The notes beneath the pieces are model-generated. The model did not search any database. It saw only the letters and a program-made list of their open reading frames with translations, and had not been told where the DNA came from. A program made the position numbers and the translations under genes. 64,000 nt of DNA from Minisyncoccia bacterium (GTDB lineage: Bacteria; Patescibacteriota; Minisyncoccia; UBA6257; GWB1-50-10): positions 74,483 to 138,482 of the forward strand of contig JBEKVQ010000002.1 in NCBI GenBank assembly GCA_049997815.1, given 5' to 3'. Positions 46,615 to 56,005 of this stretch are shown piece after piece (position 1 is the first letter of the stretch; each line of letters opens with the position of its first letter).

Positions 46615-47142
46615 ATGACCGACAAGCAGAGGAATATTGTTATTATCTTCGGAGTACTGGTTTTAATCGGGATTGTTCTGGGGGTTGTCTTCAGCGGAGG
46701 CCAATCTATGATTGGACCCGGTTTGGGTGGTTCGCCGGCTGGCGGGACCGCCTCAACGTCCAAACCGATCGGGTACGTTCCAACTACCCCGCAGGGAGCG
46801 ACACTCACGACCCCCCAAAACGATGCTCCTGCAAGTCCCAATATACAATCGGGCACTATGGCGCGTTTCTTTGATTTGCGCGTGAGTGCGAGCGGATTCA
46901 ATCCGTCTACGCTTACTGTCAATAAAGGAGACACAATCCACCTTAATCTTATGCCGACGGACGGGAATTATGATTTTGAGATTCCCTATCTGCCGTTCTA
47001 TACTTCCGCGGTGAGCATGGGGCAGTCGAGGACGTTGGTATTCGATACTGCGACTCCGGGTACTTTTGAGTTCCGGTGCCGGGATTTTTGCCCCCGAAGT
47101 GGGGCCATAAAGGGCTCACTTATCGTTCTTCCTAGGAAATAA
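46615..47142 (+). CDS. Membrane-anchored cupredoxin-fold protein
   Basis: N-terminal TM, GFNPSTLTVNKGD, PGTFEFRC..FC..IKG.L.V. Confidence 0.75.
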   Translation: MTDKQRNIVIIFGVLVLIGIVLGVVFSGGQSMIGPGLGGSPAGGTASTSKPIGYVPTTPQGATLTTPQNDAPASPNIQSGTMARFFDLRVSASGFNPSTLTVNKGDTIHLNLMPTDGNYDFEIPYLPFYTSAVSMGQSRTLVFDTATPGTFEFRCRDFCPRSGAIKGSLIVLPRK

Positions 47143-47147
47143 TAAGC

Positions 47148-48671
47148 ATGAAGGACAAAAGAATCATTTTTTTATTACCGCTCCTGGCCGTCGACCTTTT
47201 ATTGTTTAACGTTACTCTCGCCTTCACTGGTCCGGGAACCCTGCAACCCGGTTCGGGCGGCGGACTTCTTTTCAGTTCCAGTACGTACATTGGCATCGGG
47301 ACGACGAATCCCGCCGTAACCCTGCATGTCGTAGGAGGAGTTGGAGGAATAAACATCGCTCGTTTTTCTCGTACCAATGGCGCTACCACTGATTCTTTCT
47401 TTTCTGGGTCCGGCGGTTCTTCTTTTGTGGGTTTCACCGATAATGCCAGCGTATCTTGGAGTTTAGGTAGTGATAATGGTGATAGTAGTAAGTTCAAAAT
47501 ATCAAAAAGCATCGATCTTGGTTCTAATTATTATCTAACCATTGATGATGCAAATGGGAACGTCGGCATCGCGACCACCTCTCCCACCTATCCGCTCACG
47601 GTGAATGGGAGCGTGTACTCGACAGGGAATTTTATCGGGGGTCTTTCAGGAACGCTCACTGCCGGGAATATTACCGGTCCCACGGCATTCGGTGCGACCT
47701 TCCAGACTGCTCCTCCCGTCGGATATGTATACGCCTTCCCGCAGGCGCTCGCAGTGGGAACGACGACGGTCGCCGGTTTGCAGACGAATATGTTGTTCGC
47801 GGCCGGTAACGTCGGTATCGGAACGACGGCACCGGTAACAAAATTGGATGTTTCTGGAGCTATAACTGCAAGAGGTGCTAATCCGGGCGGAATCGGCGCG
47901 AATGCTACGGTACTGGATTTTAGCGGAGGAACCGCTCGGTGGTTTAGTTATGGACCAGATGCTTCTACGAACGGCATATTTCAACTTTATTCTCAGAGAA
48001 GCGATGGAACAAATAATATAATTCCAGTCACAATTTTAGGAAATGGCAACGTCGGCATCGGGACGACGGGGCCGGGAGGTATGTTGCATGTAAGAGGTAA
48101 CGGTGTCGCCCAGCCGATGGTAATTGTTGAGGATTATTCTGCTGCCAGCAATCCTGCTATCCAAATAAAGAACGACACGACAAATTGGTTTTTGGAAACG
48201 GTTGGGGCACGAAGCAATAATTTTGAAATTTCGCACGGTGGCGGTGCGGCATCAAATTCATTTCTGGCAATTCAAACGAACGGCAACGTCGGCATCGCAA
48301 CCACCACGCCTAAATATCCACTCTCGGTCAATGGCTCTTATTATTCGGTTGAGCTTGATAAGGGAAACTCCGGTGCTGCTATAACGATTGACTGGAGTGC
48401 AGGCAACACCCAGCACGTAATTTTGACGTCTGGTCCAGGGACTCCCGTAGCTCTCACGTTCACGAATCCCCAGCCGGGTGCCCGCTATACGCTTATTCTG
48501 AAACAAGACGGCACTGGCGGAAGAACCGTGACCTGGCCCGCGACCTTCAGAACTGGTTCGGCCGGACCCATCACTCTCTCGACAGCGCCCAACGCGACTG
48601 ACTACGTGGGTCTTCAGTACAACGGCGTGGACGGAAAATACGATAACGTCGCCTTCAACGCGGGATTCTAA
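47148..48671 (+). CDS. Secreted fibre/adhesin-like protein with GNVGIGTTxP repeats and a tail-fibre-like C-terminal domain
   Basis: Signal peptide; five (N/Y)(V/I)GI(G/A)TTxP motifs about every 80 aa; C-terminal IDWSAGN..LILKQDGTGGRTVTWP. Confidence 0.7.
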   Translation: MKDKRIIFLLPLLAVDLLLFNVTLAFTGPGTLQPGSGGGLLFSSSTYIGIGTTNPAVTLHVVGGVGGINIARFSRTNGATTDSFFSGSGGSSFVGFTDNASVSWSLGSDNGDSSKFKISKSIDLGSNYYLTIDDANGNVGIATTSPTYPLTVNGSVYSTGNFIGGLSGTLTAGNITGPTAFGATFQTAPPVGYVYAFPQALAVGTTTVAGLQTNMLFAAGNVGIGTTAPVTKLDVSGAITARGANPGGIGANATVLDFSGGTARWFSYGPDASTNGIFQLYSQRSDGTNNIIPVTILGNGNVGIGTTGPGGMLHVRGNGVAQPMVIVEDYSAASNPAIQIKNDTTNWFLETVGARSNNFEISHGGGAASNSFLAIQTNGNVGIATTTPKYPLSVNGSYYSVELDKGNSGAAITIDWSAGNTQHVILTSGPGTPVALTFTNPQPGARYTLILKQDGTGGRTVTWPATFRTGSAGPITLSTAPNATDYVGLQYNGVDGKYDNVAFNAGF

Positions 48672-51600
48672 CGAAATTACTTTTCAGGTCTCGTCGGATG
48701 CGGCGGAGGTTTTTGGCAATCAGCCGCCCGACAGCGTTCGGGCTGAATTTTTTTATAATGTCGCTTTGAGCGACCATCCCTTTGCGCGCCGCTATCTCGC
48801 GGTTCTCGTATATCAATCGCATTCGCCTCGCCGCTTCGTGTTCGTCCGGCTCCGCCCATTCGTTTCCCTGCCGGTAGATGCCGTAATCCCGCTTCAGGGG
48901 AACCAGTTTGTAGTTTATGGGGAAGCTGTTCATCTCATTCATGAAATCCGCGTTCCCGGACCAGTTGGTGGCGATGACCGGCTTCCGGAGAGCCATCGCT
49001 TCGGCGAGCGGCAGGCCGAACCCTTCCGAGCGGTGAAGAGAAACGTAGCAGTCGCAGACGTTCAATAAACTCGCGATCTCTTCGCGGGCCAGATAGCGGG
49101 GGATAAGGTGGATATTGTGTCCTTTCGCGGCGTCCTCGAGAAGCCGAAAATTTTTCGGTTCGACCTTGGGATTGGAACACTTTATAACAAGATGAACGAG
49201 CTCTTCCGAAGAGAACGCTTCCTTGAAGGCGCGGATGGCCGCGAGCGGATTTTTTCTCTCAAAGATGCTGAAGAAATCGAACATAGAGAGGAAGAGGATA
49301 TGTCCTTCGGGCAGTTCGAAGTGCGCGCGGGGGAAAGGATGTCGTCCCACCTCAATGGCGTGGGGGATGACGGTAACGGGGATGTCAGGCCTTAGGCGCT
49401 TTACGGCATCTGCCACGAAAGAACTCGGCACCCAAACTTCGTTTACGCGGTCAAGGAGCTTGCCCCATTCGGGCGGCATCTCCGGAAGTTCCCAGGCCCA
49501 ATAGGCGATATTGTATTTGCCGGCGAATCTCTCTTCCCCGAAGTTTTCGAGTTCTATCCCGAACATGTCCCCGTAGATGGCGATGAGATTTACCCGATAG
49601 GGATTGGTCTTGGCGAATCTTTTGGAAAATTGATTCTCGTTCCGCCGGTGGGGAACGCGGGGACTATTGAGGAGGGCGGAGGGAATGCCGGCCTGGTCCA
49701 CGGCGCGGATAAGGGTCCGAGCGGCTTCGCCGACGCCGCTTTCGGAGTCCAGAAACCCGAAGATATTCACTCCACTTCTGGCGTCTCGCCTGGAATATCT
49801 TTCGGATAAGCGATTGCCGGGGGAATCGGCAATTCGGATTTTGTCCAAGCTTTCCTGGTTTTCTTCGCGAGTCTCCCCGGTTTTTCTTAACTTCTCTCTC
49901 TGCTGTTCCGCCGAAAAACTTTCCACATCGATTTTCCCGGCTCGGCGGTTGTAGAGTAGGTGCATTCTGGTGGTGAGATATTTCACAGGACCGTACTCCA
50001 GATACATCTTCGAATATAGTTTTACGAAGAATGTCGGTTTGCCGCGGACGAGTTTTTTGGGATTGATGCGTCCCAGAACCGCATTTTGAATATGTGAACC
50101 CTCGCGTCGGAGCGTTTCCATTACCTCGGCCGGAAACGGTTTCCCCGTTTGTGTCTCGATCGCGCGGAGATAGAAGAAAAGTTGGGAGAGGGCGTTGCTC
50201 CGTCTTCCCTCATCGATAACCTCCCGCCAGTTCGGTTCGTTCTCCTTTAGGAAGCTTGCGGCGGCGGTTATCCTTCGGCCACACTTTTTGAATTGCTTCG
50301 GAAAGTGGTAATAAGAAAGTTCAAGGCATAAAAGGCAAGCATCGGTCACGAGCGCACCGGGACCGTTTTGAAGAGCCATGTCCGAGATTGATGAGAGCGA
50401 GAACGGTAGATTCGAGAGGCGTTCGGAGAGGGACAATCTGTCGCCCTGCCTCATCATATTCACGGGCGGCAGGATGACGCGGTGTTTGAAGAGATTAAAG
50501 ACGGGCAGAACCATCCTGTGTTTTGCGAAGTTATAGACGGGCAGAACCATCCTGTGCTTTACCCAGTTAAGGGGAGGAATGAATATCGGCAGGATGATCT
50601 TGTGTTTCAGAAAATTGTATGGGGGTAGTACCACCCTGTGTTTCACGAAATTGAACGGGGGGAGAAATAACGGCAGCACCACCCTGTGTTTCATATAGTT
50701 GAAGGCCGGAAGGATAATCTTGTGTTTCGCATATTCCAGAGATGGAGGAAGACGGTGGTACTTTTGCATCGGCCGCTTGGTGGCGCGCCGGGGTTCCGCG
50801 GGAACGGTGAACCTGTTTTTTTGTTTTTCTATCCAGGCCCTTACCGGGGTGGTGTCCTGAGCAGCAAGCTCCAAAATGAATTGGTCGGTTCTCTTCCGGC
50901 TTCGCTGTATCTTCCGTCGTTCCTTGAGGGTGTTTGGCAAATGCAGGATATTCCATCCCAGAGCCAAAAACGGGATTGAAACGTATGTGAGTTTCTTTCC
51001 CAAAGGGATCTGATATTTGCTGGTCTGGAAATATCCGACAATGGCGAACCAATAGCCGATGAGTACGTACGAAATTTGCCTGGGGAGTTCGGGCGCCCCG
51101 TAGTTCTTGATGGCCGATCGCAGGGCGTTTTTCTTGCAGAGATAAAGTTTTTTGTATTGGGCTCCCCGATAACTCGCGCTGTGTTTGTGATAAATGACGG
51201 CGTCTTTTTCGAAGAATATGTCGTAGCCCATGAGGTTGGCGCGCCAGCTCCAGTCCAGGTCCTCGAAATAAGCGTTGAATTTCTCGTCGAGAAATCCGAC
51301 CTTCCGGAGCGCGTCGGCGCTTATAAGCGACGCTCCCCAGCACGCCCCCAATACCTTAGAGCTCCTTTTCTTGCCGAACTGCCTCTGAAGGCCGAAGTTA
51401 GCGTCGTAACCGTCGCCGTTCCAGTCTATCGTTCCGCCTTGGCTGTTTATTATCTCCGGATGATTGTAAAAGAGCATATTGGAGGTTACCGCGGCGATGT
51501 TTGGGGCGCTCTTCGCTCTCCGGACGAGTGCGGCAAGCCAAGCGCTCTCGGCTCTCGTATCATTGTTCATGACGGCGATGAAACCGGGATGGTACTTCTG

Positions 51601-51840
51601 GAGGGAATAGCGCAGTCCCGCATTCACCGTGCGGGCGAAGCCCCGATTTCGGGGAAGAATGAGAATGTCCACTTCCGGAAAATTCGCGCGGAGATATTCC
51701 TCGGTGTCATCGGTCGAAGCATCGTCGGCGACGACGGTCTTAAAGTTTTGGTACGATTGTCCGCGCAGGGAACGTAAGCATTCATCGAGAAGCTGTCTGC
51801 CGTTGTAGGAGGGGATGACGATTATCGTTTCGTAGGCCAT
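48655..51840 (-). CDS. Multidomain glycosyltransferase: GT2, internal repeats, degenerate helical domain, GT4
   Basis: N-terminal IPSYNG, DDAS.D, NND, FEDLDW; C-terminal ERKNP, SLHRSEGFGLPLAEAM. Likely ATG 51840. Confidence 0.85.
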   Translation of the reverse strand: MAYETIIVIPSYNGRQLLDECLRSLRGQSYQNFKTVVADDASTDDTEEYLRANFPEVDILILPRNRGFARTVNAGLRYSLQKYHPGFIAVMNNDTRAESAWLAALVRRAKSAPNIAAVTSNMLFYNHPEIINSQGGTIDWNGDGYDANFGLQRQFGKKRSSKVLGACWGASLISADALRKVGFLDEKFNAYFEDLDWSWRANLMGYDIFFEKDAVIYHKHSASYRGAQYKKLYLCKKNALRSAIKNYGAPELPRQISYVLIGYWFAIVGYFQTSKYQIPLGKKLTYVSIPFLALGWNILHLPNTLKERRKIQRSRKRTDQFILELAAQDTTPVRAWIEKQKNRFTVPAEPRRATKRPMQKYHRLPPSLEYAKHKIILPAFNYMKHRVVLPLFLPPFNFVKHRVVLPPYNFLKHKIILPIFIPPLNWVKHRMVLPVYNFAKHRMVLPVFNLFKHRVILPPVNMMRQGDRLSLSERLSNLPFSLSSISDMALQNGPGALVTDACLLCLELSYYHFPKQFKKCGRRITAAASFLKENEPNWREVIDEGRRSNALSQLFFYLRAIETQTGKPFPAEVMETLRREGSHIQNAVLGRINPKKLVRGKPTFFVKLYSKMYLEYGPVKYLTTRMHLLYNRRAGKIDVESFSAEQQREKLRKTGETREENQESLDKIRIADSPGNRLSERYSRRDARSGVNIFGFLDSESGVGEAARTLIRAVDQAGIPSALLNSPRVPHRRNENQFSKRFAKTNPYRVNLIAIYGDMFGIELENFGEERFAGKYNIAYWAWELPEMPPEWGKLLDRVNEVWVPSSFVADAVKRLRPDIPVTVIPHAIEVGRHPFPRAHFELPEGHILFLSMFDFFSIFERKNPLAAIRAFKEAFSSEELVHLVIKCSNPKVEPKNFRLLEDAAKGHNIHLIPRYLAREEIASLLNVCDCYVSLHRSEGFGLPLAEAMALRKPVIATNWSGNADFMNEMNSFPINYKLVPLKRDYGIYRQGNEWAEPDEHEAARRMRLIYENREIAARKGMVAQSDIIKKFSPNAVGRLIAKNLRRIRRDLKSNFVRIPR
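50452..50727 (-). repeat. Seven tandem 36/48-bp coding repeats (KH(K/R)xxLP...N)
   Basis: KHKIILPAFNYM KHRVVLPLFLPPFNFV KHRVVLPPYNFL KHKIILPIFIPPLNWV KHRMVLPVYNFA KHRMVLPVFNLF KHRVILPPVNMM. Confidence 0.9.
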
Positions 51841-51848
51841 CTTGTCGC

Positions 51849-52568
51849 TTAAAGTCCCCCGTATTGGTCTAGAACGTCCTTCGTCTTTCCGAAAGCTTTC
51901 AATTCGCCTTTGTCGAGGAGAAGCGTGCGCTCGCAATGTTCGGCAACGGCAGTCAGGTCGTGGCTAGCGAAGATTATGGTTTTTCCCCTTCGCTTGTAAT
52001 CCTCGAATACGGAGAAGCATTGCGGTTTGAAATCCTTGTCACCCACGGCGAAGATTTCGTCCAGAAGAAGCACGTCAGGGTCGGTTTGCACCATCGTAGC
52101 GAAAGCGAGGCGTGCTATCATGCCCGATGAAAAATTCTTAACCTTCATATCCCTGAACTTTCCGACGCCAGCGAAGTCGAATATCCGGTCCAGCTTGTCT
52201 TTTATCTCTTTCCGCGGCATGCCCAAAATGGCGCCGTAGAGGTAAAGATTTTCTTGGGCGGTAAGTTCATGATGGAAACCGACGCTCAAACTTAGAAGAG
52301 GCGCTACCGTGCCCTCGATTTGAAATTCACCTTCGGTGGGCGGCACTATCCCCCCCAGAATCTTAAGAAGAGTGGTCTTTCCGCTTCCGTTCTTGCCGAC
52401 CAGCCCCACCATTTCGCCCTTGTCTATTGAGAAATTCACGTTTTTTAGGGCATAAAAGTTCTCGTAGGTTACCTGGTCCTTTATGTAGCCCAAGACGAGC
52501 TCGAAAAGCGTCGTCGTTTTCTCGTGGGGAATCCTGTATAACTTTGCGATGCCTTTAGCTTTAATCAT
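51849..52568 (-). CDS. wzt: Polysaccharide ABC transporter ATPase without a C-terminal CBM
   Basis: GKNGSGKT, FSSGM..RL.FA, LLDE..AVGD..F, SH; 239 aa. Confidence 0.9.
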   Translation of the reverse strand: MIKAKGIAKLYRIPHEKTTTLFELVLGYIKDQVTYENFYALKNVNFSIDKGEMVGLVGKNGSGKTTLLKILGGIVPPTEGEFQIEGTVAPLLSLSVGFHHELTAQENLYLYGAILGMPRKEIKDKLDRIFDFAGVGKFRDMKVKNFSSGMIARLAFATMVQTDPDVLLLDEIFAVGDKDFKPQCFSVFEDYKRRGKTIIFASHDLTAVAEHCERTLLLDKGELKAFGKTKDVLDQYGGL

Positions 52569-52571
52569 GGT

Positions 52572-53342
52572 TCATAGTTCGTCGATGAATGTGCGCCCGT
52601 ATTTTCTGAATACCAGCCATCCGCCAGCAAAGACAACGGCCGTTATCGCGATGGTGATGAGAAGTTGTTTCGCCTCCGGGAAGAAGTTGTAAAGGACGGC
52701 GTTTCTGGCATCGATGATTATGCGCGCCACCGGATTCAAAAGATACCACCGGCTGTACGGCTCCGGCACCAAGGTGTACTGGTAAACGATGGGCGTAGCC
52801 CAGAAAAGCATCTGGAGAAATATGTCCCAGATGTGTCCGAAATCCTTGAAGCGCATATGGAGCGGAACGATAAGAAACGAGACGCCGGCGGTTAGAATGA
52901 TGAGTGACGGAACTAAAAGAAGGAGCGTGAGCGCGCTCCAGGTCAGGTGAAGGCCGAGGGCGAAGAAGAAAATGAAAAAGATGGCGAGCGTAATAAGAAA
53001 CGTCCAGAGCGAATGGACGATGACGCTCGTGACGACCACGAAGGGCGGCAGGTTCGTTTTTTGAAGGAGATGAGCCTTTGTAACCACGCCGACCGTGCTG
53101 TCCTTCGTGGTATCGGCGAAGAAGTTCCAGAAGATGATGCCTAAGAGCAGATAAACCTCGTAATTTTGGATGCCTACCTTGAGGAAGTAGAAGAAGACGA
53201 CATAAAGTATGGCGAGCATCATGAACGGTTTCAGGAAGCTCCAGAGGAGCCCGAGCACCGAACCGTAGTATTTCAGCTTGAAGTCCAGGCGGGACAGCTC
53301 GTAGATGACGTTGAGGTAGTGGCTTAGTTTTTTCTTTTTCAT
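52572..53342 (-). CDS. wzm: Polysaccharide ABC transporter permease
   Basis: KLKYYGSVLGLLWSFLKP, FKD..HIW, FWATPIVY, LNP. Likely ATG 53342. Confidence 0.9.
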   Translation of the reverse strand: MKKKKLSHYLNVIYELSRLDFKLKYYGSVLGLLWSFLKPFMMLAILYVVFFYFLKVGIQNYEVYLLLGIIFWNFFADTTKDSTVGVVTKAHLLQKTNLPPFVVVTSVIVHSLWTFLITLAIFFIFFFALGLHLTWSALTLLLLVPSLIILTAGVSFLIVPLHMRFKDFGHIWDIFLQMLFWATPIVYQYTLVPEPYSRWYLLNPVARIIIDARNAVLYNFFPEAKQLLITIAITAVVFAGGWLVFRKYGRTFIDEL

Positions 53343-53394
53343 GGTAGACTCAGGCTTGCGGGTCAAACCCATTCGTCATTATAGTTATTATATT

Positions 53395-54396
53395 ATGCGC
53401 ATTCTGACACACCCTGTACATACCGCTTGGGAGTACGAGTTCGCTAAAACCGGGCACGAAATATTCACGGTGGCGCCCGACGATTTCAAGAAGCTAGCTC
53501 CCGATTGGTGGGGCGTTTGCCGGGGAACATTGACGGGTGGACCGGTGTGGGACACGAAGAATCGACCGTTGCCGGATAACGTGAGAGTGATATCTTTGGA
53601 TGCCGCTCTTCGCATGCATTTTGATGTTTGCATCGTCCATGCCTTGCCTTGGCTTGAAGAATTACGGAACGTATCTTGTCCGATTATCTACAAAGCTCAC
53701 GTGATTCCTCCTGCCGACTTTCTGCCTAAATGGGCCGAGAAAGTCATATCTGCATTAACTTTTGGCAATGAGGTAACGATGAATAAAATCGTTACCAAGC
53801 GCCCGATTTTTAGGAATGTCATTCGCGTCCCCATTGACTCCAGTATATTTGACGGTTATGTCGGCGGTACAGAAAGATGCCTTGCGATTGCAAATCTCGT
53901 TCGGGGCCGACCGGATAAAAGATTTGATCGTCTGGACAAGATCGCTTCAGTGGCGCCGGTTGACCTCCTCGGTGGCGGGAACAACGGGGTCTCCTACGCC
54001 ATAGGAGAAGCGCGGTCATTTGACGAGCTTTTGTCGTTCTATAGAAATTACGCCGTATTTCTGGAGGCCGGTGATTATGTCAGTATGTCCTGCCGGGAAG
54101 CGATGATGGTGGGCATGCCGGTGGTGTTATTTCTTCATGAAAATCGTAAGCAGAAGCTTTTTAGAAACGATGAAAATTGCATTATTGCGGAAACGGAAGA
54201 GGAAGCCGCGGAGGCGATTAAATCGCTTTTAGGTGACCCAGCGAGGAGAAAGAGGATCGGCGCGAACGCCCGTTCGTCCGTTTTGGACCTTTTTGACGTC
54301 AATACATTCCGCCGTCAGTGGAACGATTTATTGCGGAAAGTGGTTCGAGAACATAAGATTCTTTCTTTGTCCGATAAAAAGGGGTCAAAATTTTAA
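53395..54396 (+). CDS. GT-B (family 4-like) glycosyltransferase
   Basis: SCREAMMVGMPVV, RIGANAR. Likely ATG 53395. Confidence 0.75.
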   Translation: MRILTHPVHTAWEYEFAKTGHEIFTVAPDDFKKLAPDWWGVCRGTLTGGPVWDTKNRPLPDNVRVISLDAALRMHFDVCIVHALPWLEELRNVSCPIIYKAHVIPPADFLPKWAEKVISALTFGNEVTMNKIVTKRPIFRNVIRVPIDSSIFDGYVGGTERCLAIANLVRGRPDKRFDRLDKIASVAPVDLLGGGNNGVSYAIGEARSFDELLSFYRNYAVFLEAGDYVSMSCREAMMVGMPVVLFLHENRKQKLFRNDENCIIAETEEEAAEAIKSLLGDPARRKRIGANARSSVLDLFDVNTFRRQWNDLLRKVVREHKILSLSDKKGSKF

Positions 54397-54404
54397 AGAT
54401 AAAA

Positions 54405-55136
54405 ATGGTTTCGAAAATAATTCTTATCGGTCTCTTCATTACGTTCGGCCTCTACATTGCGCTTCAAGCCGTTAGTCCGAATTTGATCAACTCCGGCAGC
54501 CCTGGGGTTTCATCGTCAACTCCGGCAAAACTCAATGTGGCCAGTAGTACCGACGGAAGTAGCATTGATGGTCAGCCGTTGAAACCGACCTGGGATGCGA
54601 AGACATTTGATTGCGATTCACCGCCTAAAGCGGCCGGTGTTGCCGACCCACGGGAGATGGTTGCTCTCTCTTGCCCCGTTGGAGTAACGGGAGACGGCGT
54701 CGCTCTCCCGGAAGTCAGGGATGCGCTCTGTAAAGCTGGCGAAGCGGCCGCGCGCGAAGGATATGTGATCCGCGTGGCCTCAAGTTTCCGTTCATATGAG
54801 TCACAAGTTGCGCTGTGGTGCGGAAAGGAGGGGGACTGTTTTTCAAAATATCCGGATGTCAATGAACGCAGGGGGTACTGCGCGGTTCCCGGCTATTCCA
54901 GTCACGGATTGGGCCGAGCGATCGACGTAGTGCTTATGAAGGACGGCAGAGCGCTCTATAACATTGATTACGGAGAACAGTGTTCGATGGATAAAACCGT
55001 TATTGGGAAGATTGCTCAGCTCATGTACAGCGGGGGGTTTGTCCGCTATGAAGGTGAAATTTGGCACTTTGAAGTTGGGACTAATCTTGCTGCCCGCGGG
55101 AGGTACACAAGCTATCCGGCAAAATGCGGTAAGTAG
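54405..55136 (+). CDS. M15B (VanY-like) D,D/L,D-carboxypeptidase, membrane anchored and Cys-rich
   Basis: SSFRSYESQ, PGYSSHGLGRAID, EIWHFE. Confidence 0.85.
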   Translation: MVSKIILIGLFITFGLYIALQAVSPNLINSGSPGVSSSTPAKLNVASSTDGSSIDGQPLKPTWDAKTFDCDSPPKAAGVADPREMVALSCPVGVTGDGVALPEVRDALCKAGEAAAREGYVIRVASSFRSYESQVALWCGKEGDCFSKYPDVNERRGYCAVPGYSSHGLGRAIDVVLMKDGRALYNIDYGEQCSMDKTVIGKIAQLMYSGGFVRYEGEIWHFEVGTNLAARGRYTSYPAKCGK

Positions 55137-55258
55137 GGATTCCGGAGCGGGAAAATATCTCAGCGAGATTTTTAGCGTTCGTGTGAATTGTAGCGCGCCG
55201 CTAAATTGCCTTTCCCGCTACACGTTCATATAATGGTATGAATAGAAAACGCTAAAAG

Positions 55259-56005
55259 ATGAGAACGCTCGCAATTATAGCTCTTCGGGATGAAGAACGT
55301 TACGCGCCCGGTTATTTCGATCATCTTAGGAGGTTTGTGGATGGGTTTGCTGTTGTGGATGACGGTTCGCTGGATAAAACCCCGCTCATTATACGGCAGG
55401 AGCCGAAATTGAAGTTTAGTTTCAGACGGGATGTTCGCGAGCCCGACCATTTTTTTGAGGTTGATAACAGGGAAATACTAATGAATGCCGCTAAGGACTT
55501 GAATGCGGAGTGGGTGCTTTGTTGCGATACCGATGAGCGTTATGAAACACCTTTTTTGGAAAAAATAAATTCCGTTCAGGACGAAGCCGACAAGATTGGC
55601 AAACCAGTCGTGGGATTTCGCGTACTTAGTTTGCGTGAGAGCCTGAAAACCTACTATGCGGTCGAACAAAGCAGAATATTGACGAAATTCCTAATGTTTA
55701 GAGTTCCAAATGAGATTTCGTACGCGGATCGTCCAAGGCGCGCACTGCATACTCCATGGTTGCCGGCCGGGTTGCGAGATCAACATCTCCTATGGTCGAC
55801 CGAATACCGAGTGTATCACTTTTGCTCGCTCCGCGCCGAGGATAGGCGAAGGCGATACGAGAAGTTCAAGCGTATCGACCCCGACAATAAATGGCAGCCC
55901 ATTGGTTACGATCACCTGATTCAGGAAGATGGAGTGAGGCTGAAAGAAATAGAGCCGGGCCGGGAGTTTGATCTCCATTCGGTGCCGCCCGACCTGCTTA
56001 CTTGA
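55259..56005 (+). CDS. Glycosyltransferase family 2-like
   Basis: RDEE, DDGS.D, WVLCCDTDE. Promoter TTGCCT-17-TATAAT at 55206-55234. Confidence 0.8.
   Translation: MRTLAIIALRDEERYAPGYFDHLRRFVDGFAVVDDGSLDKTPLIIRQEPKLKFSFRRDVREPDHFFEVDNREILMNAAKDLNAEWVLCCDTDERYETPFLEKINSVQDEADKIGKPVVGFRVLSLRESLKTYYAVEQSRILTKFLMFRVPNEISYADRPRRALHTPWLPAGLRDQHLLWSTEYRVYHFCSLRAEDRRRRYEKFKRIDPDNKWQPIGYDHLIQEDGVRLKEIEPGREFDLHSVPPDLLT

Noticed and set aside
47148-48671. Prophage or diversity-generating retroelement target
   Set aside because: The protein has a signal peptide. No phage genes, reverse transcriptase or TR/VR pair with adenine-specific mismatches is seen.
50452-50727. CRISPR array
   Set aside because: The repeats are degenerate, in frame, contiguous without unique spacers, and inside a CDS. 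No cas genes are present.
37926-51777. Long alternative-frame or antisense ORFs (e.g. 37926-38804, 42382-43407, 44675-45319, 45434-46270, 50567-51343, 51076-51777)
   Set aside because: They overlap well-supported genes and show no recognisable motifs, so they are treated as shadow ORFs.
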